Source: a virus (taxonomy: Duplodnaviria > Caudoviricetes). Taken from it: a stretch of DNA of 64,000 nucleotides. The notes under the pieces are model-generated. The model did no database searches, was not told the origin of the DNA, and saw only the letters and a program-made list of their open reading frames with translations. A program made the position numbers and the translations under genes. The DNA lies in IMG/VR virus record IMGVR_UViG_3300021426_000066. One strand, given 5' to 3'. Positions 11,841 to 22,262 of the stretch are shown here, one piece after another; position 1 is the first letter of the stretch; the number at the start of each line of letters is the position of its first letter.

Positions 11841-12409
11841 TATTTCCCTCCTTTCTGACGAATTTTTTCGAGAACAAGCTCAACTATTAAGGCAGTTAAT
11901 TCTTCTTCGTACTTTTTTTTTAAAAAAGCAACCATCCTTTGAAAATATTTTTCATAGGGTCCTTGAAGATAAGCATCCCATAATTCGCCAAATTTTTCTT
12001 CGGGGGAATCAGAAGAAGCCGCTGGCCTGCCCCAATAAGGATAATCTGGTTTAGGGGTTCTCCAATAAGGAACGCCTGGGCTTGGATGATTTTGTCCACT
12101 AATAGCGCCTCCATGAAACCCTTTTACAAAACTGTTAGTATAAATATAATCATTATCAACTCTATGACCAATAGGAGAATATTCTCCGCCCACATGTATT
12201 AAAATACTTTCTGATGCTACTTCAAATTTGCCCATTTTATACAATGAATATCGTCTATGATATTCGGCGGGACTATAAGCACCATAAAAAGATTGTACGC
12301 TTTCCCTAAATAACTTTTTAAAATTTTGTTCTTGATCTGCAATTAATAGTTGATTACCCTCGTCAACATATCTTTTTCCTAAAGCTTGTATTTTTTCTAT
12401 AGCGCCCAT
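11840..12409 (-). CDS. Hypothetical tail-region protein
   Basis: 189 aa, strong RBS, stop overlaps TMP start (TAATG). Confidence 0.7.
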   Translation of the reverse strand: MGAIEKIQALGKRYVDEGNQLLIADQEQNFKKLFRESVQSFYGAYSPAEYHRRYSLYKMGKFEVASESILIHVGGEYSPIGHRVDNDYIYTNSFVKGFHGGAISGQNHPSPGVPYWRTPKPDYPYWGRPAASSDSPEEKFGELWDAYLQGPYEKYFQRMVAFLKKKYEEELTALIVELVLEKIRQKGGK

Positions 12410-12486
12410 TTAATCACCCCCTCCTTGTTTTAAAAATGAGAACATTAAAACATAATTAATTATAAAAAACTAATATATATATTAAT

Positions 12487-13656
12487 TTAGTATCTAATGT
12501 CTGTATGCAAATGCTCATTAATCCAGTCAATTATCTGCTTATAATTAAGCCCCCCCTCATCAGTAGGACGCATTATGTAATTATATTGCTGGGGATGTGT
12601 TTTAGCCATTAATGTAAAACGGCTATCTTCAGGAGATTCCAATTGACACCCAAAGCCACAAAACATACATCCAGTTCTTTTATATCCCGTCGTTTTTAAT
12701 TCTGGATAATCCTCTTCTAAAACGCATATATCCAAATTATTATAGTTATAATTAATTTGGTCATTATTGCTAACTATATTACCATATAATGGACATAGCG
12801 ATAAATTAAATATTTTAGCATATAATAATACATCTTGTTCTAACCAAAATGCCATAGGATTACTAATAGGGTTTTTAAGTTCAAATCCGTTACATCCATG
12901 CTGTAACCATTGCGTTGTTCTAAGTTTGCTTTCACACGCCATCTGTGCAGTCATTGGCATCCTACCTGTGTCTTTTTGATATTTATGCGTAATATCTTTC
13001 TTCATAATTCTACAACAAGAATCTCCGATCTCAAAAGGAGCATCTAAAAAATATTGCCATTGCACTTTCATAAAAGGGGCTCTTTCTTTGGCTGGAATGT
13101 TTATTCCAATGGTTCCATCTCTTCTAATCATTCCTAAAACCATTGCCAAATATCTTCGTCCTTTTTCTCCATCTGGTCGATTCATTACAATTTTTTGCAA
13201 CTCTTTAGAATCAATTAGCCTAACTATTGTCCACCCTTGACTAAGATACTTTTTTAAATCATCATCTTCCTCCATTAAAAACCGCAAATATTTTCTAGCG
13301 CCTCTAATTTTTTCACTGGATTCTTTGCTAATAAAAGGATAACCAAAACGATTAATAACCTGTTTAAAAGTCATTTCAGGCTTAAGCCAATCAATATTGT
13401 CAAACTTACCTACAAAATCTCTAATTTCTGGAAATTCTAATCCAGTATCACAAAAGACACCTTTTACGGTTGGATACATTTTTCTTACAATATCTAACAA
13501 AACGGTGCTATCTTTCCCGCCACTAAAAGCTACATATACTCCATCTACTCCGTACTCATTAACCCATTCTCGAATCCTCTGTTGTGTTAAGGCAATTTTT
13601 ACTTTTAATGGAGCGGATTGAAGAGAGCGTAGTTCCCATCTTTCTCTTTTACTCAT
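12487..13656 (-). CDS. PAPS reductase-family (PP-loop, Fe-S) protein
   Basis: SGGKDS PP motif, DTGLEFPE, CC and RTGCMFC cysteine motifs; start moved to ATG 13656 after AGGAGG. Confidence 0.85.
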   Translation of the reverse strand: MSKRERWELRSLQSAPLKVKIALTQQRIREWVNEYGVDGVYVAFSGGKDSTVLLDIVRKMYPTVKGVFCDTGLEFPEIRDFVGKFDNIDWLKPEMTFKQVINRFGYPFISKESSEKIRGARKYLRFLMEEDDDLKKYLSQGWTIVRLIDSKELQKIVMNRPDGEKGRRYLAMVLGMIRRDGTIGINIPAKERAPFMKVQWQYFLDAPFEIGDSCCRIMKKDITHKYQKDTGRMPMTAQMACESKLRTTQWLQHGCNGFELKNPISNPMAFWLEQDVLLYAKIFNLSLCPLYGNIVSNNDQINYNYNNLDICVLEEDYPELKTTGYKRTGCMFCGFGCQLESPEDSRFTLMAKTHPQQYNYIMRPTDEGGLNYKQIIDWINEHLHTDIRY

Positions 13657-13814
13657 AAATCCTCCTAACAAAAAAAACATGACTCAATTAGACCCACAAA
13701 CAAAATGACAAATAAAATAATTATTAATAAAGAGGTATTTAGCGTCTAATCGAGCCATGGACAAAACAAACTAAATAATGTTATTACATCTTTTTTTCAA
13801 AATAAGGTAATAAT

Positions 13815-14276
13815 TCAGGTATCTCCATTAGTACTTCTTTCATATATTAACAAAGAAGAGTATTCGTTTCTTTCGGCATCATCTCTAACCATATTAAAAA
13901 CTATATCAAATTCAACTTTGTCAACAGGCATTCGCTGAATAATAACTTTTAATAAATCATATTGATTAAGTATGTCATACTCTTCATAAAACGAATCATT
14001 AAGTTGAAAATTCGTATATAAAGCTAATAATGTTTTCACGTAATTCAAATATTGGACAGGGCTATTAAAAAAAAATTTTTTATTTTTTCCGTTATTAACA
14101 TAATTAGCTTCCTCAATAATATTTATTGCTGCTTCTATTTTTTGCTGATAAGGAACATATGTACTTTGTTCTTTAGAAATATTATTTAACATTGTTTTCT
14201 TTATTTGTTCTGAGGTCGTACTATTATATTTTTTTACAAAATCAATGATAGAAAATTTTTTCGCGTCCTCGTTCAT
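13815..14276 (-). CDS. Hypothetical protein
   Basis: 153 aa, coupled to upstream ORF; N-terminus resembles that of 14273-14848 (xDFxxKy...YVPY). Confidence 0.65.
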   Translation of the reverse strand: MNEDAKKFSIIDFVKKYNSTTSEQIKKTMLNNISKEQSTYVPYQQKIEAAINIIEEANYVNNGKNKKFFFNSPVQYLNYVKTLLALYTNFQLNDSFYEEYDILNQYDLLKVIIQRMPVDKVEFDIVFNMVRDDAERNEYSSLLIYERSTNGDT

Positions 14277-14848
14277 TTAACACCGTCCCCTTCAAAATGA
14301 ATCATATCATCATTTATTTCTTCCTTTTGTCCCAATCCAACTTGTTCCATCACTTTTTCCAATTCCGAATAATCAATATTCGTTATCTGCTGATAAAAGG
14401 AATAAAATAAATTGTCTAACCCTCTATTCATTTTGCCCCAATTGTTTTTTAGATGGAAAACCATATTCTCCAATTCTGTCTGCTCATTAATGCTTATAAA
14501 ACCAGAAATAATATTTTTCATTCCTCGTTTACAAAATTCGTCATAAAGATCAAATGGTGAATAGTCTTTTAAATATTCTTCAATATTTAATTTCGTATAT
14601 AACACTAAACCACAAACAAAATAATTTACTTCAAACAAAGTCTCATCGAAATATGGTAAGGCTCCCTCATTTTTGACAGCGGATTCGTTGATTGCAGGAA
14701 TAAGACTTACCTTTTTTACAAGATATGGTACATATTCATTAATAACTACTTCTCTAATTACATTATGTTGTTCTTCTTTAGTTAAAGCAGTATCAAATTT
14801 GTTTAAAAAATCATTTACAGATACTACATTTTGATTGTCGTTTAACAT
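14273..14848 (-). CDS. Hypothetical protein
   Basis: 191 aa, RBS AGGAGG. Confidence 0.65.
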   Translation of the reverse strand: MLNDNQNVVSVNDFLNKFDTALTKEEQHNVIREVVINEYVPYLVKKVSLIPAINESAVKNEGALPYFDETLFEVNYFVCGLVLYTKLNIEEYLKDYSPFDLYDEFCKRGMKNIISGFISINEQTELENMVFHLKNNWGKMNRGLDNLFYSFYQQITNIDYSELEKVMEQVGLGQKEEINDDMIHFEGDGVK

Positions 14849-14877
14849 AGTGTGTTCCTCCTGATATTCATAATTTT

Positions 14878-15852
14878 CTATCTAACGTAACTTCCTGGTT
14901 TTTCCCAGTTATCTAAATAATCAAATTCATCTTGTAACGTATAATAAAAATTGGAATCTATCAGAATTAATTTATCATTTTCTTCTGAAAATTCTTTAGC
15001 AAAACGAGTAAGACGAATTTTACTTTTTTCATCCATCCAGCCTTTTACCTCAATCCACTTATCAAAATCAGGCAAATAAAAATCAGGTTGATAACTCATT
15101 ACCCCATTATCAACCTGAATAAAATAAAAACGTTTAAATTCGTATCTCCATTCAATTCCTAACTCATTTAATATTCTGGCAATATTTGCTTCCCAAGATG
15201 AACGGAAATATTGATAAAGATCTGGACGATATCCTCCTTTGCAGCGTGAATAAGCGTTGACAGTGGTATTATAATCAACCCCTTTTTTAAGCCGTGTCTC
15301 TTTAGCCTTCTTGACACGATCTTGTTTTTGTTGAAGTGTTAATGAGCGACTATATTGTAATTGTCTCTTAGAAATAGCATTTTTTGCTTTTTGAGTATGC
15401 TTATGCCCTAAGAAACCTTGTGGATGCTCATGTTTTTTATGCCATTCTTTTGACTGTGCGGATAAAATATTTCGTAATTTGTCGCCTTCTTCCCCTACAT
15501 ATCTTTTACTATTTGACTCACTTATCTTTTGTTTTCTTTCATCTGTAAAAGAACGTTTACTATTGCTTAATCCTATTTTTTGTGCATAGCGACTAATAGA
15601 GGTTTTTTGTCTTCCCATATTTTTCGCCAATTTACCTATATCTATTTCATCTGGATGAGCCAAATAATAAGATCTAATCACTTCTTTTTCTTCATCTGTA
15701 AAAGGTCTAAACCTTTGATTTAATCCCATGCGCTCTCGTTTCCCACGAATAGACCCAAGAGATTTATTCAAATAATGACTTAACTCTTTTAATGACATAT
15801 CTTCGGAATGTTCTAATAAAAATGATTCTTCTTCTTGCGTCCATACACTCAT
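14878..15852 (-). CDS. Free-standing endonuclease: HTH repeats, NUMOD3-like motif, PD-(D/E)XK domain
   Basis: WTQEEE/FTDEEK HTH repeats, GHKHTQKAK, C-terminal RSSWE...YQPDF...IEVKG. Confidence 0.7.
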   Translation of the reverse strand: MSVWTQEEESFLLEHSEDMSLKELSHYLNKSLGSIRGKRERMGLNQRFRPFTDEEKEVIRSYYLAHPDEIDIGKLAKNMGRQKTSISRYAQKIGLSNSKRSFTDERKQKISESNSKRYVGEEGDKLRNILSAQSKEWHKKHEHPQGFLGHKHTQKAKNAISKRQLQYSRSLTLQQKQDRVKKAKETRLKKGVDYNTTVNAYSRCKGGYRPDLYQYFRSSWEANIARILNELGIEWRYEFKRFYFIQVDNGVMSYQPDFYLPDFDKWIEVKGWMDEKSKIRLTRFAKEFSEENDKLILIDSNFYYTLQDEFDYLDNWEKPGSYVR

Positions 15853-15854
15853 GC

Positions 15855-16424
15855 TTAAATCTCCTTATATTTCATACAAAGATAATCTTCGGTAACATCA
15901 TCCTGAATCCTGCCCTCCAGAGCTTTCCGCAGAATAGAGCAGTTGTTCTTATATCTTTTACACGTTTCACATACATTCTCAAATTCGTCAGCTTGTTCCT
16001 GAGAGTCAAAGATCCCGACGAAATCAACAGGATATATGGTTAATTCGATTCTGGGATTTTTATTATCATACATGACTTTAAGAATACGGTTACAAATCAT
16101 ATTGTCATCTAACCACACACAACCTGCGTTAGTAATTGAATCTGAAATTACCTTGTCATAATTGGCGCAATCCATATCTATTCTTGGAAAATAAAAAACC
16201 GCATCAACATAATAATGCTGATACGGATTATCACTCATAACCCAGCCTTGTTCTTTAACCTGCTGCTTAACGTATTCTGTAAATTCTTTTTGAAATTTCT
16301 TAGCCTCCGCCGTCTTATATGACATTGCCGTTGGCTTTCCATTTTTATAAACTACTCGGTATGCGAGATAGTGGTTGACTGATATAAAATCATGGACTGT
16401 GAGCTTTAATGTTTGTTTCTCCAT
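15855..16424 (-). CDS. rusA: RusA-family Holliday junction resolvase
   Basis: SVNHY...DCANYDKVISDSI...WLDDNMI...NPRIELTI. Confidence 0.8.
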   Translation of the reverse strand: MEKQTLKLTVHDFISVNHYLAYRVVYKNGKPTAMSYKTAEAKKFQKEFTEYVKQQVKEQGWVMSDNPYQHYYVDAVFYFPRIDMDCANYDKVISDSITNAGCVWLDDNMICNRILKVMYDNKNPRIELTIYPVDFVGIFDSQEQADEFENVCETCKRYKNNCSILRKALEGRIQDDVTEDYLCMKYKEI

Positions 16425-16436
16425 TCACTCATCACC

Positions 16437-16814
16437 TCACCACATATCGCCAGACAAATTTACATACATATTCAGATGCACATCATCCGTGTTTCCATCT
16501 ACATCCATGTCCTCAATTCGCATATCACATGGAATATTCCAAATAGCATTGACCTTTTTACCCGTTGAAAACTCCAATAGGTTTCCAAACAGCTTAATAT
16601 AACTAATCCTCTGTTTTGCATTAATCAGTTCTGGTACAATCCCAATAATAGTAACTGAAAAATAGGATGTACCAGTCTTATCATAGTTAATAGAGTAGTC
16701 CACAATATTCTCTATCGTCACAGAATCACTACCCATATTCAGTTCAATTTTATCTATTATAAAATGACCTTGATTTGTAGCTTCGGTTAATATCTTCATG
16801 TTGATCCTCCTCAT
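16437..16814 (-). CDS. Hypothetical protein
   Basis: ORF in operon with RBS. Confidence 0.55.
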   Translation of the reverse strand: MRRINMKILTEATNQGHFIIDKIELNMGSDSVTIENIVDYSINYDKTGTSYFSVTIIGIVPELINAKQRISYIKLFGNLLEFSTGKKVNAIWNIPCDMRIEDMDVDGNTDDVHLNMYVNLSGDMW

Positions 16815-16844
16815 TATCCTTATATTCTAAGTTCTCCAATTAAT

Positions 16845-17123
16845 TTATTCTTCAATTAAACTAAACTCCGTGAGAAGCGGAATAACAACCAATTCAAACT
16901 CATTATCTCCAGTTGAATAATGGTATTGTTTTACAATATAGTCAGCGTCCTCACGATTCATAGTTTTAGTTGCTTTCTCAATATCTTTCATAAACTTGAA
17001 CTCCAACTCTCCAGGCTTTTTATATAGATAGGTGGTTGGAGAGGAGAGCGTTGCAATAACGAATTTAATTATTCGTTTAATCGTATGCTTGTTAAGATCC
17101 TTATAGTTATCCTTATTTTCCAT
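16845..17123 (-). CDS. Hypothetical protein
   Basis: 92 aa with RBS AGGAG. Confidence 0.55.
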   Translation of the reverse strand: MENKDNYKDLNKHTIKRIIKFVIATLSSPTTYLYKKPGELEFKFMKDIEKATKTMNREDADYIVKQYHYSTGDNEFELVVIPLLTEFSLIEE

Positions 17124-17137
17124 AACATTTACTCCTA

Positions 17138-17362
17138 TTAATCCAATTCATAGTTATCCCATTTCTGCTTTAACTCAGCAGAATCCTCTTTTAAAAACAC
17201 ATAAACAATAATGCTTTCACCATGACGATCCATACTTGGGTAAATATCAATGGGGAAGCATCTATGTTTCATAAAACGTTTAGCTTGTTCTGGATTAATA
17301 ATCCTATAAACTTCATTCGCATTATAATCACGGGGTTGCAGATTTGATTTGAACTTCATCAT
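17138..17362 (-). CDS. Hypothetical phage protein
   Basis: Start placed at ATG 17362 after AAGGAGG (MMKFKSNLQPRDY). Confidence 0.6.
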   Translation of the reverse strand: MMKFKSNLQPRDYNANEVYRIINPEQAKRFMKHRCFPIDIYPSMDRHGESIIVYVFLKEDSAELKQKWDNYELD

Positions 17363-17951
17363 CCGCACCTCCTTTGTCCAATTCGTCCCCAAAAGAATCC
17401 CATCCTTTTCTGGGTTTTCTGGCATACATTTCTATTTTTTTTTGTGCTGGATACAATGCTTCAATCATTTGAAAACTTATTTCTGGTTTGGCTGAATGCC
17501 TACGCTTTATATGAGAATCATCTCTAAAGACAGAAGAGTATTTCCCGCTTGCCTGTTTTGAAGCTGAAATAAACTTACCTTTATACATATAGAGCAAATA
17601 TTCATGAGCGAATCTAATATCAAAACTTGCAGGCGGCCCAGTAACCTTATCCCATACCATTCGAGCATGTAATTTCCATCCCAAAGATTCAGCTAATTGC
17701 TGCGCTTCAAATAAATATTTATCTATTGTCCAGAGAAATAGAATCGCATTCTCTGACGTTTTTAAAGTGGCTATTGATAAATGAGATTTAATGTCTTCCA
17801 GAGACAACGTTTGGTAATCTAACGGTTTACCACTTGAATTTTTCCTTGAGTTCTTTTTACCACCTCTTGACTGATTCCAAGGTGGATCTGCCAAAATTAA
17901 ACCATATTCCATATTCGTACGTTTAAATTCTTCAATACCTGTAAATATCAT
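17328..17951 (-). CDS. MT-A70-family N6-adenine methyltransferase
   Basis: LILADPPW catalytic motif, LFLWT, HSAKPE, IEMYAR...GWDSFG. Confidence 0.88.
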   Translation of the reverse strand: MIFTGIEEFKRTNMEYGLILADPPWNQSRGGKKNSRKNSSGKPLDYQTLSLEDIKSHLSIATLKTSENAILFLWTIDKYLFEAQQLAESLGWKLHARMVWDKVTGPPASFDIRFAHEYLLYMYKGKFISASKQASGKYSSVFRDDSHIKRRHSAKPEISFQMIEALYPAQKKIEMYARKPRKGWDSFGDELDKGGADDEVQIKSATP

Positions 17952-18134
17952 TCCTTGTTCTCCTTCACCAAATAATTATTTGGTCAAAAAAAGGGGTGCA
18001 ACTACTTCGACTTTATATTCGACAGTAATCACACCCCTTAAAAAGCGTATTATATTCAATTTCTTTTATAGTATAAGATCTAAATACTATATCTTATACA
18101 TTCTACCGTCAAATACTAATTATTACAAAATGAT

Positions 18135-18500
18135 TCACCCAACAGGCTCCTCATCATTCAATTCATTTTCAAATTCTATTTTTGGCTCTTCTTCTAGATC
18201 AACGTTTGTCGCCTTAGAATCACCGATAATTTCTTTAACCCACTCTCTAATCCTCGGATTAAAATCTTGTTTATCAATATTTGATAAATCTAATTTTTCT
18301 AATTCTTCTTTCGCTTGCTCTTTAGTAATACTTTTACCAATCATATAATTAGAACAAGTATAATAAATATTCCTACAATTTTCAGAATGGAACATTCCCA
18401 TCCAAGAAGGTTTATTAATACTTTTTTTGCATCCTGTAGGACAAAATTCATACTTCTTATTACAAACTAAACAAGATCTATTTTTATTAAATATTTTCAT
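18135..18500 (-). CDS. Zinc-binding hypothetical protein
   Basis: CLVC...CPTGC...HSENC. Confidence 0.65.
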   Translation of the reverse strand: MKIFNKNRSCLVCNKKYEFCPTGCKKSINKPSWMGMFHSENCRNIYYTCSNYMIGKSITKEQAKEELEKLDLSNIDKQDFNPRIREWVKEIIGDSKATNVDLEEEPKIEFENELNDEEPVG

Positions 18501-18654
18501 ATTATATGTCTCCTTTTATTTCGAATAAAATAGGAGACATCAAGCCTCCTTATTAGCAAAAACTTTTTAGATACAACACAAGGCGGACTGAAAATGCCCG
18601 CCTTGTTAATAGGGTCATAACCCCCACTTTTTTATTACAATGTATAACAAATAA

Positions 18655-19455
18655 TTACTCCTCAGAATCATCGTCGGCCCAATACATCTGGTACAACGTC
18701 TTCTCAGTTCCACCACAATAATCAGCCTGAAGGCTTCCTGTAAAATCAACCGTAGTATCAGTGGTCAGACTCATAGAAAGTTCAGGGCTGATCTGGAAGC
18801 TTGGAAATCTGACATAAAGAGCTTTCAGTGTATTAACGTCGCACGGATCGATGGCGAGAGCCTTAATTGTCAGAACAATTGTTCCAGGGAACTTATCTGC
18901 TTCATTAATCAGTCTCGCACCAGAAGTAACTTCTCTTTCGTACTTCACGAGATACTGTGCGACATCCTGATCATCGGGGGGAGTAAGGACCTTAATACCA
19001 GCATAATCGCCAGTGCCATCAGTGATATTAAAATCAGACAGTGTGTACGACTTACCCATACCGCCAGAATTATTCATAGCGTTAACATTGACTTCGCCAC
19101 CATCATAACCAGGCATCGGAAGAGTAGTTCCAGCCTTAACGGCCACAATTCTAGGCATCTTAATTACATTAGTGGTTGTTGCAAGTTCAGGATCAGTACC
19201 GTTCTGCGCACCAATAGAGGAGAAGTTGATCATTGCGTTTGTAGCCGTTACTTCGCCCGTCTTGGCCTGCCAGAAACGCTTAACCAGAGTTCCTTGAGCA
19301 TCAACGGCATCTTTAGATTCAGCAGAGATATCTACAGTAAAATCACTAAGCTGCGACATCAGCAGCACGGGAGTAAAAGTTCCATCTTGTTCTTTCTTTT
19401 CGCCATATGCATACTGCACACGGTCTATGATTACTTCACCAAGCATGAAGGCCAT
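18655..19455 (-). CDS. Probable major tail (tube) protein
   Basis: 266 aa beta-rich protein, own RBS, flanking hairpins, position after neck genes. Confidence 0.6.
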   Translation of the reverse strand: MAFMLGEVIIDRVQYAYGEKKEQDGTFTPVLLMSQLSDFTVDISAESKDAVDAQGTLVKRFWQAKTGEVTATNAMINFSSIGAQNGTDPELATTTNVIKMPRIVAVKAGTTLPMPGYDGGEVNVNAMNNSGGMGKSYTLSDFNITDGTGDYAGIKVLTPPDDQDVAQYLVKYEREVTSGARLINEADKFPGTIVLTIKALAIDPCDVNTLKALYVRFPSFQISPELSMSLTTDTTVDFTGSLQADYCGGTEKTLYQMYWADDDSEE

Positions 19456-19536
19456 AGCTTTATACCTCCTTATATTTTTTTAATAAAAAAAGAGCCAGAG
19501 GCTCTATCTACAAAAATCCATTTGGAATATTTATAT

Positions 19537-20439
19537 TTAAGTTAATGAAGCATTTCTCATAAAATCAAATTGTTCTTTAGGTATTTTACTTGTATCAACA
19601 AAACCAGAATACATTCCAGTATATAATGCACGGGTTGATTCATATATTTGTAATCTTTGTACGCTATCCATAAATTCAACGATACCAACATTTACCAATT
19701 CTGATTTAGTATATTTAAAACCAGGGTGGTTTAAACAAGTAGATATTAATGGTAGGAGAGTAGAAGAATAAGGATCATTTTTATGTCGTTCATAATTCAA
19801 TCGATCTTCGTCAACCAAGGCTTCTTTAGTTGCTCTACCTTTACCAAATTCTATCTTAGGATATATATTGAACATACTTCTAACATACCATGCCAACTTC
19901 TTATACATATTCTCATCTATTTCCAGATCCTGCACTGGGTCATATAAGACAATGCTCACATCTTCGCCAATTTGTTTCTGATATCTTTGCAATTTTGAAA
20001 AATCAATATCACCAAATAAGAAAGATGTCTGCGCTTGGCTTAAAGTTGGACACAACATCTGAAATAATTCAAAATCAGTTATCTTACACCAATCTACGCC
20101 CATGTCCCACAAGATCATACGGTATGAAGTAGTATTAGCAGTAAAGACATGCACAACGCTATAAGCTTCTTTTTCACCAAATCTAATTAAATCCCCAACC
20201 GTAGGTTGTAATACAGTTATTTTTTCATTAAGTTTAAAAGGTTCTCCCAAATATAATTGCAAACGGTCTATATCAAACTGAGGCGTATCAGCTTTCTTTT
20301 TGTTCTGCCTAGCCTGAGACTGCATAATAGCATCAACCGCATTAGAGCTTTGATTCACTTTTTGTTCAGCGGCCTGCTTCTTAGCCTCACGCCTAGCTTC
20401 TAAAGCCTGCTTGGCCTGTTCCTTAAGGGAATCTGTCAT
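19537..20439 (-). CDS. Virion morphogenesis-region protein
   Basis: 300 aa in late operon. Confidence 0.6.
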   Translation of the reverse strand: MTDSLKEQAKQALEARREAKKQAAEQKVNQSSNAVDAIMQSQARQNKKKADTPQFDIDRLQLYLGEPFKLNEKITVLQPTVGDLIRFGEKEAYSVVHVFTANTTSYRMILWDMGVDWCKITDFELFQMLCPTLSQAQTSFLFGDIDFSKLQRYQKQIGEDVSIVLYDPVQDLEIDENMYKKLAWYVRSMFNIYPKIEFGKGRATKEALVDEDRLNYERHKNDPYSSTLLPLISTCLNHPGFKYTKSELVNVGIVEFMDSVQRLQIYESTRALYTGMYSGFVDTSKIPKEQFDFMRNASLT

Positions 20440-21034
20440 ACTTATTATTCATCCCCATGTGAGTTGGAATTGTATTTGGAAGCTGCGATTCAAACTTTAA
20501 TGTTCTGGCATAATATCTATCATCAATAATGTCATCAAAGTCAGAAATACATTTTAACTGTAACCCAGCTACATTACTCCATTGAAGTAAATCTTTAACA
20601 ATATACGACAATAAATCTGTCCTTTGAACACCAAATTCTGTAGTCATATCATCTTCGTGGACCATGCAAATTACAACCACTTGCTGGTTCTTGATTATTT
20701 TATTAGTATATGAAACATCGTAGTCTCTGATATCGAACATCACAAAATTATTTACTTCTTTTTGAACCCCATTTAATTTCAAATACGGTATAATCCGCTT
20801 TGACTCGATACGCTTATTATATTCCTCAATCTCTTGACGAAGTTCCAATTCCTGAATAGTAGGATGCTCTTCGTCTTGAAATTTATTTAGAGGTCTTTTA
20901 TCCCGAACACCTAAGACTTCTTTTAAATCGGGGTCTTCATTAAAAACACGCTCAATAACTGCTTTTCTATAAATAATGTCGTTGTTCTTGGTGGATTCTA
21001 AGTCTCGCTTAATATTACTAATATCACGTTGCAT
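20423..21034 (-). CDS. Putative neck/tail-completion protein
   Basis: 203 aa; function from position only. Confidence 0.45.
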   Translation of the reverse strand: MQRDISNIKRDLESTKNNDIIYRKAVIERVFNEDPDLKEVLGVRDKRPLNKFQDEEHPTIQELELRQEIEEYNKRIESKRIIPYLKLNGVQKEVNNFVMFDIRDYDVSYTNKIIKNQQVVVICMVHEDDMTTEFGVQRTDLLSYIVKDLLQWSNVAGLQLKCISDFDDIIDDRYYARTLKFESQLPNTIPTHMGMNNKYDRFP

Positions 21035-22262
21035 CAGCTTCCACCTCCCATTCTATCGATGTTTTATAATTACCATTATTCTGACTAGCTGTAAGTTTGA
21101 ACCTCTTGCCAACCAAGCTATTTGCTTTTGAAGGTTTGACCGCAACAATATTATCTTCATAAACCGTTAGCTTAATTAACCCTTCCAGACGCTTAGTCTC
21201 TTCCTCATCAAAATTATCCAGAGGATCAAGAAGTTCTATATTCCATACAGCAGATACTTTGTCATACCCAAGTTTTGCTTGATAATAAGAAATGTTTCCT
21301 ATTTGTACCGAAGCACTCGGCCCAACCTCACTTTCTATTAATTCTTCATTCTCGTTAATAAACATCTGAACAATAGAAAATTCTTTATCAGCCAAGTTGT
21401 CTTCAAGAACATCAAATTTTATATCCCCCATATTTGTGTAATAGTCACAAACACGAAGTTTAACATTGTCCCTCTTTGGATTAAATTCATCTTGTTTTAA
21501 AGAGAATTTAAACAATCCAACGGGAGATACTTCCACTACTTTAGTTACTGCATATGCTTTAGGATCCAGATCATTTGTAGTTAACAAAAATCTTTGATCA
21601 TGAGCAATTGTCCGTGTATCTGATAACCCAAGTTCTTTTAACTTATCACCATATACAGAATATGTATCTGGCGACCAAAACCCAGTAAGGTTATCAAGAG
21701 TAATCGTCATTTCTGCCCTCCAAATACCACTTGTATAAGAGTTTGCAGATCTAACCACAGCATATATACTTTCAATTTTTCCGTTATAGACCCATTGAAA
21801 ATTCCAATTACATTGCAGAACATTATATCTTACATATGCATTTTGATTATCCCTATCAACAATCAACCACCATTGAGTTCTTCTCTCAATGGGTTGCGTA
21901 AAAGGGTTAGCTATTTCACTGGTTGATAAATTCAGTTCAGGGCTTGTATCATCAGGAATTAACACGTAGCTTCCAATAGGATAATGAACTCCTGGCCTGA
22001 ATTGCAGATAATAATCAACATTATCTTTTGCAACTGATTGTGACTGATGATATTGATACTTTACATCTTCCCATTTCCATCCATCTTTAGTTAATATATA
22101 CACACGCTTATACGTTGGATCGCCAGTCCACGTAGCATTAATAATTGCATCAGATTGCTGTCTGCGTATCTGAGCAAGATTATTGCCCCTATTACGCAAA
22201 AAATGGGTGTAATCATTAATGTTCATTTGACTGAGAACCATCCTTGCATTGAATTTTATCAA
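21024..22262 (-). CDS. Putative head-tail joining protein
   Basis: WLIV...VLQCNWNFQW pattern and position; start may be 22226. Confidence 0.5.
   Translation of the reverse strand: MIKFNARMVLSQMNINDYTHFLRNRGNNLAQIRRQQSDAIINATWTGDPTYKRVYILTKDGWKWEDVKYQYHQSQSVAKDNVDYYLQFRPGVHYPIGSYVLIPDDTSPELNLSTSEIANPFTQPIERRTQWWLIVDRDNQNAYVRYNVLQCNWNFQWVYNGKIESIYAVVRSANSYTSGIWRAEMTITLDNLTGFWSPDTYSVYGDKLKELGLSDTRTIAHDQRFLLTTNDLDPKAYAVTKVVEVSPVGLFKFSLKQDEFNPKRDNVKLRVCDYYTNMGDIKFDVLEDNLADKEFSIVQMFINENEELIESEVGPSASVQIGNISYYQAKLGYDKVSAVWNIELLDPLDNFDEEETKRLEGLIKLTVYEDNIVAVKPSKANSLVGKRFKLTASQNNGNYKTSIEWEVEADAT

Noticed and set aside
11905-11930. Slippery T TTT TTA AAA AAA AAG in the gene before TMP as a tail-chaperone frameshift
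   Set aside because: The -1 frame hits TGA near 11880, before reaching the TMP start, so no useful fusion forms.
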